DNA of 64,000 nucleotides from Octopus vulgaris. Taxonomy: Eukaryota. The stretch is from NCBI GenBank assembly GCA_951406725.2, contig OX597834.1:29822001-29886000 (forward strand), written 5' to 3'. Position 1 is the first letter of the stretch, and the number at the start of each line of letters is the position of its first letter. Made by a program: the position numbers and the translations under genes. Shown one piece after another: positions 13,546 to 25,385 of this stretch. The notes under the pieces are model-generated. The model was not told the DNA's origin, made no database searches, and worked only from the letters and a program-made list of their open reading frames with translations.

Positions 13546-13853
13546 CCCCGTGACCACCGTGACCGACCAGGCTATCAGATGTTGCTACACATCACTGGTC
13601 ACAATGCGCTTCGCATTGTTTTTAGCCTTCAAATGACGCCACCCTGCTGGCTAAGCAAGCAGGCTAACAGAAGAAAGAGTGAAAGTTGTGGCGGAAGACT
13701 ACAGCAGGGATCGCCACAACCCCCTGCCGGAGCCTCGTGGAGCTTTAGGTGTTTTTGCTCCATAAACACTCACAACGCCCGGTCTGGGAATCGAAACCGC
13801 AATCCTATGACCGCGAATCCGCTGCCCTAACCACTGGGCCATTGCGCCTCCAC
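13546..13853 (-). mobile_element. SINE family F (tRNA-derived head, Arg-like)
   Basis: Minus-strand head GGCGCAATGGCCCAGTGGTTAGGGCAGCGGATTCG with A box and GTTTCGATTCCC B box; same head at 29376. Confidence 0.85.
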
Positions 13854-13886
13854 ATATATATGTATGTATGTATATATGTATGTATA

Positions 13887-14235
13887 TGGTGGTGGTGAAG
13901 TATGATCTTCCAATATGGGGTCTCATAGAGGTGATGACAAGGGATCACAGTGTTTGACTATTTGCTGCGCTTGAGAAGACTCGTTAAGCCTGGTGAAATC
14001 ACAATTGTGACCTGTGCCAGTGACATGTAACATCATCTGTTCCAGTGACACATAAAAGCACCTGTGACAGTGACACGTGAAAGGCACACATTACAATCTT
14101 GGAGTGGTTGGCATCAGGAAGGGCATCCAGCCATGGAAACCAAGCCAAAGTCAAAGTGGATCCCGAGACAGCTCCCTGGCTTGCCAGTTCCAGTGTAACT
14201 GTCCAACCCATGCCAGCATGGAAAGTGGATATTAA
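13887..14235 (+). mobile_element. RTE LINE 3' end (family D), diverged
   Basis: VVKYDL..GL.E....D..EKTR* followed by a 3' UTR with GGAAGGGCATCCAGC, as in the other D copies. Confidence 0.7.
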
Positions 14236-14631
14236 TCCTACTTTGGAGGAGATTAGAGTTTTGTACTTCCTTCAGATTAATAGATGTCACTCCTGAAAAA
14301 AGTCTCAAAACTTCTGTGAGGATACAAGATACACAGATACGAGGATGTAACTCAATGATGGCCATCTTTAATTGTTATTTCCCTTGCATTAGACTTGATT
14401 TTTATTTTTGTAAGCATTGTTAAAATGTCCACATTGGTTCTGTGTCAAATACAGTTTTATTGTATTAGATGACTAGATCTAAATATACTCTTATATAAAT
14501 AACATATTCCAACCACCTTCACATTTGTAGATGCATTCTGAATAGTTTATGGGTTTTGCAAAACTTTTTAATGTTTATAGGTTCCTGGAATTATATTTTA
14601 CAAATCCTATGAAGAGATATTTATATATAAG

Positions 14632-14850
14632 ATCATCATTTAACGTCTCTATTTTCCATGTTGGCATGGGTTGGACAGTTTGGCAGGAGCTGACAAACCA
14701 GAGGATTGCACAAAACTCAGCAGCCAGCTGGGTGCCCTTCTTAACACCAACCACTTTACAGAGTGTACTGGAGACTTTTTGCATGGCACCAGCACCAGTG
14801 AGGTCACCAAGTAACATGCAAGACAAAGACTCTTCAACTGAGAGAAAAAA
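14632..14850 (-). mobile_element. RTE family D 3' UTR fragment
   Basis: CATTTAACGTC..TTCCATGTTGGCATGGGTTGGAC matches the D terminus. Confidence 0.7.
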
Positions 14851-15053
14851 TAGAATTGAGAGCAGTGTGTAATATATTAGTAGTTATTATAAACAGGACT
14901 TGACTTCTAATCTCGAGAAGTTTACTGCCTGAAAATGGGAAAGTTTGCAACATCTTCAGTTGGGTCTGGTTGTCCAAAACTGGACTTGCTAGTCATGCTA
15001 GTCATATGAGATCTCATGGTAGGTTTTAGTAATTCTTTTGTAAAGAACTGGTA

Positions 15054-15105
<52 letters not shown>

Positions 15106-15116
15106 CTGCGTGTGTA

Positions 15117-15298
15117 CCGTTGGCGATTTTTTTCCTCTGTCTTCCCTTCTCTGGATCTTTCCTTCTCCTATGTTTCTGACAAAGAGCTCCGCTCGAAACG
15201 TTAAACCCTCCTTCTTTCCTGAGCGTCCAATAATACTATATTTGTTCCACGTCCTCGCGTTTTTGTGTTTTTTTGTGCTTTCATCTTTGGATTAACTC
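15117..15298 (+). mobile_element. Penelope-type pLTR fragment with degenerate minimal hammerhead (15172-15206)
   Basis: GTTT-CTGACAA-A-GAGC(TCC)GCTC-GAAAC-GTT-AAAC; runs directly into (TA)n. Confidence 0.6.
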
Positions 15299-15300
15299 TA

Positions 15301-15340
<40 letters not shown>

Positions 15341-15794
15341 TCTGCATGAAAAGGGGTTGTTTTTTGCTAGAGATATTTATCCAAGCATACATCAGTTTAG
15401 CACTATATCAATTAACAATACTGGAAATTCCACTTGTGCATATGTACTCTTTTTTATCACTGGTTATTCTTCAATAATTGCCCCTTACACCTTTGAAATT
15501 CCAGTTAAATAAATTGAAATGAAAATAATTAAATAGAACCTGTGTGAATAATATAATTATAATATAATTATACATAAGAAAAATTCTTAAAGTTAAATAT
15601 ACTTTCGTTGATTTTAATTGCATTTAATTAAATTCGTTGAATTCAATTGCAGAAATATGTATTTAAGTAATAAACCGAAATGCACATAAGGAACAGGAAT
15701 TGACTGTTCCCATGAATATATTGATTATTTTGTGTATGCATTCTCAATTTTCTTTTTGTTGTTATCTATCAATCTCTATCTGTCTGTCTATCTG

Positions 15795-15845
<51 letters not shown>

Positions 15846-15903
15846 CTCCCTCTCTCTCTCTATATATATATATATATAATAAAAACATGATGCCAAGGAT
15901 TCA

Positions 15904-15981
15904 GCGGTACATATGTTTCGGGCCTTTATTAGACGGATTTATAATAATGCATAATGTGTGTCTGTGGCCTTCTTCAGCCGC
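15904..15981 (-). ncRNA. type I hammerhead ribozyme motif (mirror copy)
   Basis: Reverse complement of the motif at 16126-16203; core intact. Confidence 0.75.
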
Positions 15982-16125
15982 GCACAACTTCTACCTCAAG
16001 GACATGTATTACATCAAAAATTCTACGTTAGATGCAAATCCTCTCATTCGTATGCGAATGAGAGGATTTGCATCCCCAACGTAGAATTTTTGATGTAATA
16101 CATGTCCTTGAGGTAGTAGTTGTGC

Positions 16126-16203
16126 GCGGCTGAAGAAGGCCACAGACACACATTATGCATTGTTATAAATCAGTCTAATAAAGGCCCGAAACATATGTAC
16201 CGC
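16126..16203 (+). ncRNA. type I hammerhead ribozyme motif
   Basis: Stem I GCGG/CCGC; CUGAAGA; stem II GGCC..GGCC; GAAA; palindromic stem III ACAUAUGU; GUA cleavage triplet (cut after 16199). Confidence 0.8.
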
Positions 16204-16296
16204 TGAATCCTTGGCATCATGTTTTTATTTTGATTAATTTACTCCACCACCAAACGGTATATACAGGTGCTTACAATTATCAAGTACTCACCCTGA

Positions 16297-16336
<40 letters not shown>

Positions 16337-16349
16337 GCCCTTCCAAACG

Positions 16350-16533
16350 CCAACCACTCCGTGAGTAAAAAGCACCCCCTACACTCACAGAGTGGTTGGC
16401 GTTAGGAAGGGCATCAAGCCGTAGAAACATTGCCAGATCAGACTGGGCCTGGTGCAGCCTTCTGGCTTCCCAGACCCCAGTCGAACCGTCCAACCCATGC
16501 TCGCATGGACAGCGGATGCTAAACGATGATGAT
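16350..16533 (+). mobile_element. RTE family D 3' end with (GAT)n tail
   Basis: GTGGTTGGCGTTAGGAAGGGCATC...AAACGATGATGAT. Confidence 0.8.
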
Positions 16534-16789
16534 AAATATATATACAGGCATACCATCCTCTGCTCATGATATATTTTCTCCACATCACATGCACTCACAC
16601 CTACATATATTCACATGTTTAGACTCAAAATACGGAATTCTCCATATTCACTCAAACATTGCTCTCTCTAAAAACATACACACTCACCCCCTTCATCCCC
16701 TCAACACACTAAAACATCTCCTCTTGACAAACATACTCATACCCCCAACCACCACCACCACATACACATTCCCTCTGGGTCCAGCAATT

Positions 16790-17470
16790 GAAAATAAGGC
16801 CAAACCAACACTAAACCATGAGTAAACCAGTATTAAAGGAATAAAAGTGTCAAACCAGACTAATATTAACCAACACCACAATATCAATCAACAAAGCAGT
16901 GCTAACACTAAATTAGCACTAAACCAACACCAAACCAACACTAACTCAACACCAAATTAACACCATTTCAACACTCCAACACTACTCAAACACTAAACTA
17001 AGACTATCCTAGCACTAGTTCAACATTACTCCAACATCATTCAAACACCACTCCAGCACCATTCCAACACTAGGTCAATATCACTCCAGCACAAAACCAA
17101 CACCACTCCAGTGCCACTGCAACACCAAATTAACACCATTTCAACACTACTCAAACACTAAACTAAGACTATCCTAGCACTAGTTCAATATTACTCCAAC
17201 ATCATTCAAACACCACTCCAGCGCCATTCCAACACTAGCTCAATATCACTCCAGCACAAAACCAACACCACTCCAGTGCCATTCCAACACTAGGTCAACA
17301 CCAAACCACTCCAATACTAAACCAGCATTAAACCAACTCAGCATGAACGAAGACCACTCTGATACTAAACCAACTATAACAAAACAAAACTAGACTCACA
17401 CAAGTGCAAACCAGTGTGAAACCAGTGTGAAACCAACACTAAACTAACACCAAACCACCACCACACAAAC
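16790..17470. repeat. degenerate 11-bp minisatellite with a higher-order duplication
   Basis: AACACCACTCC-like monomers; 16948-17120 repeated at 17121-17285. Confidence 0.8.
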
Positions 17471-17716
17471 ACTCAGTTAATGAAGAATGATAGAAAGCAA
17501 TATAAAATGAATCAATAACCAATCAATAGTCGTTGATACATAATTTAATGTTAATTAGATTTAACAAACTGATCGTAGTGACACTGCGATTGGCGAATAA
17601 TGGGTGGAGAGTAAGCAGTGAGAAATGCGTATGTATGTGTGTGTGTGTGTATAAATGTATATATGTATGTAGATATGTGTATAAGTGTGTGTATGCAGGT
17701 CTGTATATGCATGCAT

Positions 17717-17749
<33 letters not shown>

Positions 17750-17802
17750 CACATATATATATATATACACACACATATATATATATATATATACACATAC
17801 AC

Positions 17803-17850
<48 letters not shown>

Positions 17851-17884
17851 TTATATATACACATATATATATACACACACACAC

Positions 17885-17927
<43 letters not shown>

Positions 17928-18310
17928 CATATGTATACACACACACGTGCATACATTATTGATGTGATGGAGCTGGAGGCTGGATTAAGGGGGCAACGGA
18001 GAAATAATTAACTATGTAATTTATCAGTAGAACTCGCTTCTTCATTAAACAACCATTAATTTGGAATAAGGAGAGACAGAGAGAAATGGAAGAAGGAGTG
18101 GCGGGGGGAGAGGACAGGTAGAGATTGAGAGAGGAGGAGAGAGAAAGAGAGAAGAATAAACCAGATCATCTGAGAGATTTCATTTGGTTTGTCCGTGTTT
18201 TCGCTATCAATTCCATCACAACCTGCTGCTTTTGGTATATTCCTTTAGCCATCCTGGCCGTTCTTGCACATGCTCTCTCATGCAAACACAGAATCTCACC
18301 TAACCACACA

Positions 18311-18523
18311 TACTCTTTTACTCTTTTACTTGCTTCAGTCATTTTGACTGCGGCCATGCTGGAGCACCGCCTTTTAATCGAGCAACTCGAACCCGGGACT
18401 TATTCTTTTGTAAGCCCAGTACTTATTCTATCGGTCTCTTTTGCCGAACCGCTAAATAACGGGGACATAAACACACCAGCATCGGTTGTCAAGCAATGCT
18501 AGGGGTCAAACACAGACACACAA

Positions 18524-18558
<35 letters not shown>

Positions 18559-18718
18559 CATATATAGGACGGGCTTCTTTCAGTTTCTGTCTACCAAATC
18601 CACTCACAAGGCTTTGGTCGGTCCGAGGCTATAGCAGAAGACACTTGCCCAAGGTGCCACGCAGTGGGACTGAACCCGGAACCATGTGGTTGGTAAACAA
18701 GCTACTTACCACACTGCC
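18311..18718 (-). mobile_element. SINE family A
   Basis: Reverse complement of family A, tail to near head. Confidence 0.9.
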
Positions 18719-18925
18719 TACAAATGCACACATACAGCAAATATTTACACACAAGCATCCATTACACCTTCAGATGGCTTAGTTTATTATAATGACTGCA
18801 GAACTTATTTTATCAATATCTGTTTGTTAAACTGTTAAGTTACCCGACATAAAGGAATACAACATGAACAACAACAGAATTTAGGCAGTGTAAACATAAA
18901 CACAGACAAACTTCCTCTAAGATAC

Positions 18926-18956
<31 letters not shown>

Positions 18957-19199
18957 CATATCGGGTGGTTATCGCCCCAGTCAGTACATATGCTTGTGCT
19001 ATGTTTGTGGCTTTAAGGGTCTTTGACTCTTATTTCTAGTAATGTAGGTGTTACAATGCACCCTCAGTCATTAATAGTGACAAATGAATTCATCCATTTT
19101 ATTATGGTTTTATATTGTATCTAGCCACCTTCATTATTTTATATATATATATATATAGTAATACTAAGTAATTAAGGGTTTAGCAACGATTTGCCTCAC

Positions 19200-19234
<35 letters not shown>

Positions 19235-19350
19235 TAGAAAAAACCATACCTTTTATCAATTCAATAATGTGCAAAATAATCAATGAAAATGACGAAAAAT
19301 ATTTAAGCTTTGGAATAATATTCCCTCATATTATTATTATTATTATTATT

Positions 19351-19574
19351 CAGGACGCCATGATAGATCGTTAGCTCCTACATGCATTTTTTTCTCTCCT
19401 TTTTTTTCTCCTTGTTTCTCTCCTTGTTTTTTTCTGTGTATCTTTCTGTTGAAGAGCGTATGCTCGAAACGTAAAAGACTTTTTCTATTTCTATTCCTGA
19501 GCGCTATACTAATACATTTGTTTGTTTGTACTCCACCTTCGTCTTTTGTTTATTTTCGTAAACTTCCCCGTTTT
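19351..19574 (+). mobile_element. Penelope-type pLTR fragment with minimal hammerhead variant (19441-19478)
   Basis: TCTTT-CTGTTGA-A-GAGC(GTAT)GCTC-GAAAC-GTA-AAAGA; homologous to 47229-47406; (TA)n immediately 3'. Confidence 0.65.
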
Positions 19575-19577
19575 ATA

Positions 19578-19613
<36 letters not shown>

Positions 19614-19947
19614 CAGGGTGCTGTGAATAAATTGTCGTCTGAATTATGCAAAAATGAAATAAAACACTGACATCTCATTTTAACAGATATATTTACCAAA
19701 ATTACATAAAAATGTATTGAAATGCTAAAGAGTAAATTTATTCAATAAAATCATCATTGGCTTCAACCACGGCCTCCAGACCACTTTGGAATCTCCTGCA
19801 ACTCTTCTGGATGGTCTCTTTGTTTAAGTTGGTAAATGCTGCCATAATCCTTGCCTTCAGTTCATCTTTGGTATTATGAGGAGTTTTGTTGGTCTCTTAC
19901 TCAAGTGTGCCCAACACATTATAATCGAGGGAGTTGCAGTCTGGGGA
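19614..19947 (-). mobile_element. Tc1/mariner (DD37D-like) 3' fragment with TIR
   Basis: TA|CAGGGTG terminus; minus strand translates SPDCNSLDYNVLG..TKDELKARI..CRRFQSGLEAVVEANDDFIE*. Confidence 0.8.
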
Positions 19948-20233
19948 TCGAACTCAGAACCACTTGGTTACAAAACAAGCTGCTTAACCACACAGCTATT
20001 ACTTCACTTATAATGCATTGAGGTTAATTCAGTCATTTAAAAGTTCCAATTCCTCTTCTGTGACAAACATGCCCCCCACCCTCCTCATGTCTCACTCATT
20101 CCTAAAGAAATCAACTGAATGAAATTCTATAAGGTGAATTAAAGAAAGCACCGTTTCTCTTTTAGTTCTTCTGATAATTCAAATCTATTACATTCCACTT
20201 ATATATATACATATATGTGTGCATATATATGTG

Positions 20234-20269
<36 letters not shown>

Positions 20270-20334
20270 ATATATATATATGTACACACACACACATATA
20301 CACACATATATATATATATGCATATATATATATA

Positions 20335-20378
<44 letters not shown>

Positions 20379-20436
20379 AATATATGTATACATATATATA
20401 ATATATATATACACACATATATATGTTCATATGTGT

Positions 20437-20471
<35 letters not shown>

Positions 20472-20821
20472 ATGTGGTGCATATATGTGTGTTTGTATGT
20501 TTGTGTTTATGTATGTATGTATGTATATGTATGTTTTGTTACTCAATTTCCAAATTACATAATTTAAAAATTATTTCAATGATAATAACGCTTCTCCTTT
20601 TTCAAATCTGAATCTTGAGTAAACATACAACCACAACGACCATTGTTTGTTTTATATTAAAGAGGAAAAGAAAAACAGGCAAAAAAAAAATATAAAAGAA
20701 CAAGAAAATACACGAAGCAATACAAAACAAAACAAAACAAAATAAAGCACAAAACAACACAAAAATAACCTAATGTTCCTGTGAAATCTTATTAAAGACT
20801 TGTGTTGTGTTAATCTTGTAC

Positions 20822-20881
20822 AGTAAATGGTGGTGGCTTCTTTGGAACTTTCTTTCTCCTTTGAGTTATGTCCTCAGACAT
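20822..20881 (-). CDS. weak candidate first coding exon, MSEDITQRRKKVPKKPPPFT
   Basis: AGTATGT start, 20 codons, then a weak GTACAA donor (phase 0) in non-repetitive sequence. Confidence 0.2.
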
Positions 20882-21427
20882 ACTAGAGTCATTAATGATG
20901 GAATATAACTAATATTGTTTGATCTTCAATAAACTAGAATAATTTAGAATGGCAAAGGAGGAAAAAAAAAACTATTAATAATGATATTATCATTATTATT
21001 AATATTATTATTATCATTATTATTATTATTATTATTGTTACTAACGATGATAGTAATCATAATGAAAATAATAATAATAGCAGTGGTGATGATAATGATG
21101 ATGATGATGATGATAATAATAATAATATTTGTAATAACAATAAAAATTGTAATAATACTGATAATAATAATAATAGTAAACTGTTTCAGTATGTTTTGTT
21201 AGTAATCTGCTGCAACCTCTATCAATAAAGATGGCTGGTTTTAAATATTGTGTTTCATGTCTTAAGATTATATCTTTTGATGGTCATGTTTGGATTGCCT
21301 CAATTGTAAGTGTGCTTAATTATAAAAGTTAACATGGAGTGAAACAACAACTAGGTATAAAAATATGCTACATATTTTCTATATAATGTACCTATACACA
21401 CACACACACACGTTATATTTATATGTA

Positions 21428-22003
21428 TCATCATCATCATCATCGTTTAACGTCCGTTTTCCATGCTGGCATGGGTTGAACTGTTCGACTGGTGTCTGGG
21501 AAACCAGGAGGCTGCACCAGGCTCCAGTCTGATCTGGCAGTGTTTCTACAGCTGGATGCCCTTCCTAATGCCAAGCACTCCGAAAGTATAGTGGGTGCGT
21601 TTTTACGTGCCACCGGCACAGGGGCCAGAGGTGGCTGGCATCGACTATGATTGGATGGTGCTTTTTACGTGCCACCAGCACAGAAGCCAGTCAAAATGGC
21701 ACTGGCATTGGCCATGTTCAGATGGTGCTTTTTACGTGCCACCGGCATGGGGATCACAACTACATTTTCTATTTGATTTCCATTTTGATTCTGATGTACT
21801 TGACTCAATAGGTCTCCCCAAGCATGGCATGTCGCTCTATGATCCAAGGAACTTTTGAGCGGGCTGGTTATGTGACACTGGTGTAGGTTACAGCTGTGAA
21901 CTCACTTTATTTGCCGGGTCTTCTCAGTCACAGTATATCTCCAGAGGTCTCGGTCTTTTGCCGTTGCCTCTGTGAGGCCCAATGTTCGAAGATCATGCTT
22001 CAC
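21428..22003 (-). mobile_element. RTE LINE 3' fragment (family D)
   Basis: Minus-strand VKHDLRTLGLTEATAKDRDLWRYTVTEKTRQIK* (RTE C-terminal DR..WR motif), 3' UTR, (GAT)n tail. Confidence 0.85.
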
Positions 22004-22099
22004 AATCTATGTATATTATATAAAGTATAGGTAGTTAATATATGTTATTGCTAGTTGTGTATATATATATAAAACTAGTACTATATTGGTTATAAGAAA

Positions 22100-22330
22100 T
22101 GTTCCACTTGATTCAATCAACAGAACAGCCTGCTCCTGAGATTAACGTGTAAGTGGTTGAGTACTCCACATGCCATAACTCTTAACATAGTTTTCTCAGG
22201 GAGATTCAGCATAACACAGCAATGAGAAATAAAGAGTCTTGCTCAAGGACACAATGAACCCCTGGAAATCAAACAAATGACTGTATGATTATGAGCTGAA
22301 TTTCCTAACCATTGAGCTATGTGCCTTCAC
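22100..22330 (-). mobile_element. SINE family C, diverged
   Basis: Homologous to 33606-33932 and 50561-51304. Confidence 0.75.
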
Positions 22331-22861
22331 ACACACACACACACACACACACAATTATAAATGCACACACATACATACACACACTCAAGCAAATGAAGGA
22401 ACATCAGTAGAATCACTTGATCTAGATGAAATAGCAACAAAATCACCCTCATTTCACACCTTACCATATCAAAAATAAGAAGGACGCTTGGGATAAAATA
22501 GTCTTAAATACACTGAATCTGGAAAAAAAAGAGGGAGAGACAGACTGATCATTTCTTAAAGGCCTAATTAATCAATCAGAGTTGGCCAGTGGTTAATTAC
22601 CAATTACATCCAATTGATCAAAAAAAGCTGATGAGATCCAATTAGGTTGAAAACATGATCTTTCACTTGTCAGAGTCATATAATTTCTTTAGAAAGTTCT
22701 AACTCCAAAACTGATTAAGATCCTAGATTAGAAAATATTCTTAATTGGAACTGAATTAATTCCCATGCTCCATTATATGTGAACTAATTTTCTTTACATT
22801 TCGTTGTTTTGATTGTGATATCAAAGCAACTGTGTGATTGAATATCTTTGAATATCAAATG

Positions 22862-23223
22862 CTAGCAGTATCACCCAGTGTTGCTCGGGTTTGTTTCGAC
22901 CCTTTAGAATTGGAATTTTTGAAAAGTAAAAATTTTGCATTATGTAGCTTGTTATTCTCTTTAATTGAACATTTGACACAGCAGTCAAAAATTCGTAAAA
23001 AATAGGGATTTTCATAGAAAAAAAGCACCTTTTTTATGTAAATAATTTTTGGTGCTAACATGGTCCGATTTGAAATTTGTCTTCTACGGAAGGAAGAGCA
23101 AGCCTTCTTCTATCATACTCTCAATTTTGGTCAACTTGCGCCACAGGGTCTCAGAGGAGATAGTGTTAGTTGAAGGCTACCAAACCTGCCATACACAGAC
23201 AACTTCAGCTTTATATATAGAGA
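22862..23223 (-). mobile_element. non-autonomous Helitron
   Basis: Minus strand: 5' TCTCTATATATAAAGCTGAAGTTG; 3' CCCGAGCAACACTGGG hairpin then CTAG; ends shared with 39687 and 58853. Confidence 0.8.
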
Positions 23224-23819
23224 TTACCTGACCCCCTACTCTGGTGTTTTCTATTCAGAAATGGAGGAATATATGTAGATATGTTCTGGTACCAAAACAA
23301 AATTGTCCAATGAAGAAAGAGAAAGTGAAAATATTTAATATGATACATAGATTTTCCATATCTAATGAAAGCTGAAATCCAGAAAACTTCATTCACCGCC
23401 ACTGACAGGGCTGTCACCAATACCACCGACTCACCAAAGCAGCAAACAGTGCCAAAACCAAAACTACCATTGCTACCACCCAAACTTCCACCACCACCAC
23501 TACCCCTATACTCACCCCTCTCGCCATTTCATTAAGTATCACCATCAAGAAAATACGTTACCAACAGAAAACGTCAATCAGCCCCGAGTTAGGGGAAACA
23601 ACTCTGCAAAACGATTTACAGAATTAATTCCCTTGAATGTTACGTTTATGCATTAAACCAGAAGTGAGGAATCTTTTCATGTCAGGCGACGGCATTACGT
23701 TTAATCGTAACCTAAAAAGGCCGCAACACAAGATGACGTTATTATTTTTAAAATCCATAATATTTTGAAACAAATTACAGTACTAAAGTAATGACTAATT
23801 TGAAAATATTTTTTAAATA

Positions 23820-24024
23820 TTTGTGTCTGTGTTTGTCCCCCTAGCATTGCTTGACAACCGATGCTGGTGTGTTTACGTCCCCGTCACTTAGCGGTTCGGC
23901 AAAAGAGACCGATAGAATAAGTACTGGGCTTACAAAAAGAATAAGTCCCGGGGTCGATTTGCTCGACTAAAGGCGGTGCTCCAGCATGGTCGCAGTCAAA
24001 TGACTGAAACAAGTAAAAAAAAAA
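23820..24024 (+). mobile_element. SINE family A, 3' part
   Basis: Near-identical to the family A 3' half. Confidence 0.9.
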
Positions 24025-24322
24025 ATATTTAATTCTAAACATAACTCACCTTTCAATGACTAAAATGTTGCTGTTTTTTGTTTGAAGGCATTTCAATGTC
24101 TGGTTGTAGCATCGAAGTTCGCAGTTTAAGCTACTCTTTTAAATAGGGGTCCGTAGTTTGTGACCTTAAGAGAGTCTAGATTTTGTTTAAGTATGAAAAT
24201 GTAAATTGGCAGCAATATGTTATAGAGAAGCAGGGAAACATTTTTTACGCATGTTGACCAAGTCATGGGTATTCTATTGCATTTTCCCATACTTCAACTG
24301 GATCCTTTTTCTTACTTGTTAA

Positions 24323-24921
24323 CCCTTTAGCATTCAAACTGGCCACATCAAGCCAAAATATTTGACCTGCTTTATATTAAAACCGGCCAGATCCAGCCTC
24401 TCACACTTACCCTATAATGTCATTTTAAAGCTAAACAATCACAAGGCGCAGGAGTGGCTGTGTGGTAAGTAGCTTGCTAACCAGCCACATGGTTCTGGGT
24501 TCTGTCCCACTGTGTGGCATCTTGGGCAAGTATCTTCTGCTATAGCCTCGGGCCGACCAAAGCCTTGTGAGTGGATTTGGTAGACTGAAACTGAAAGAAG
24601 CCCGTCGTATATATGTATGTGTGTGTATATGTTTGTGTGGCTGTGTTTGTCCCTCTAGCATTGCTTGACAACCGATGCTGGTGTGTTTACGTCCCTGTCA
24701 CTTAGCGGTTCGGCAAAAGAAACCGATAGAATAAGTACTGGGCTTACAAAGAATAAGTCCCGGTGTCGATTTGCTCGACTAAAGGCGGTGCTCCAGCATG
24801 GCCGCAATCAAATGACTGAAACAAGTAAAAGAGTATTATCAAAATCACCAAACTACAAAATAAATAAATGATTAATTCAAAACAATATAAACATTACATT
24901 TGACAGAATAATATGAAAGGG
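24323..24921 (+). mobile_element. TTAA MITE split by a SINE
   Basis: TTAA|CCCTTTAG start; MITE homology resumes after 24835 and ends AAAGGG. Confidence 0.8.
24445..24835 (+). mobile_element. SINE family A, full length
   Basis: GGCGCAGGAGTGGCTGTGTGGTAAG head, B-box-like motif, GTAAAAGAGTA tail. Confidence 0.92.
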
Positions 24922-25251
24922 TTTAATAATGACTTTAAAATATCATCTTCTGAGAGCTCGATTAACTTCACCTGCAACACTTTAAGATGCACCTGAAATG
25001 CTAGTTTGAATCAAATATCATGTTTCTCAAAGTCAGTGAACCTTTCATTGCACTCTTCAATTAATAAATCCAGAATGCCTGCATATTCATCAGTGGATTC
25101 ATAGGAATTTTCATGTTCGTGAATGACCTTAGCTGACTGGGGAGATTGTGCATCTGAAATTGCATTTTGAAGATCTTTCAAAAAAGATAGCTTTTGCTGA
25201 AACTCTGATTTTGTTTTACCCTGCAAATAAATATTCAAGTCATTTTGCTTG

Positions 25252-25383
25252 TCATCGTGCACATGTGGTTGTGATGCATGTGCCTGGTGCACCCTCATCA
25301 GACAGGTAGTCATGACAAGTATATTGGGCTTTGTATAAGTGTACTCCAGTGTCACTTTGATGGCATGCACTACTCTCTCTCTC
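25252..25383 (+). mobile_element. dispersed retro-repeat family E, 3' end
   Basis: Matches the reverse complement of 60130-60345; (CT)n tail. Confidence 0.65.
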
Positions 25384-25385
25384 AC

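Larger units (their letters stand above)
15878..16229. repeat. 352-bp near-perfect palindrome (inverted Penelope-type pLTRs)
   Basis: Arms of about 173 bp with 3 mismatches and one small indel; loop of 4 nt or less at 16051-16054. Confidence 0.95.
23659..25250 (-). mobile_element. decayed hAT (Charlie/SPIN, GTF2IRD2-like) transposon interrupted by SINEs and a MITE
   Basis: Minus strand: DLNIYLQGK..ECNERFTDF..LQVKLIEL..EYP..FSITYCCQFTFSYLNKI..LRS..TD..L...LKLRTS..PDI..SH*; possible TIR CAGAAGTGAGGAATCTTTT at 23659. Confidence 0.75.

Noticed and set aside
13780-13853. tRNA gene
   Set aside because: The tRNA-like A/B boxes continue into a dispersed SINE body and no proper acceptor stem is evident; the same holds for the other SINE heads.
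21595-21750. CRISPR-like repeat-spacer pattern with a palindromic repeat (also 28570-28850)
   Set aside because: The spacers are homologous to each other, the array is inside an RTE 3' UTR, the context is eukaryotic and there are no cas genes.
22624-22664. CTGATGA..GAAA hammerhead candidate
   Set aside because: The stems rely on wobbles and A/U runs and stem III is mismatched; this is compatible with chance.
23211-23483. Minus-strand 90-aa ORF with a possible CAG|GTAA donor
   Set aside because: No recognisable homology, the phase differs from the other candidates, and the donor abuts a Helitron end.
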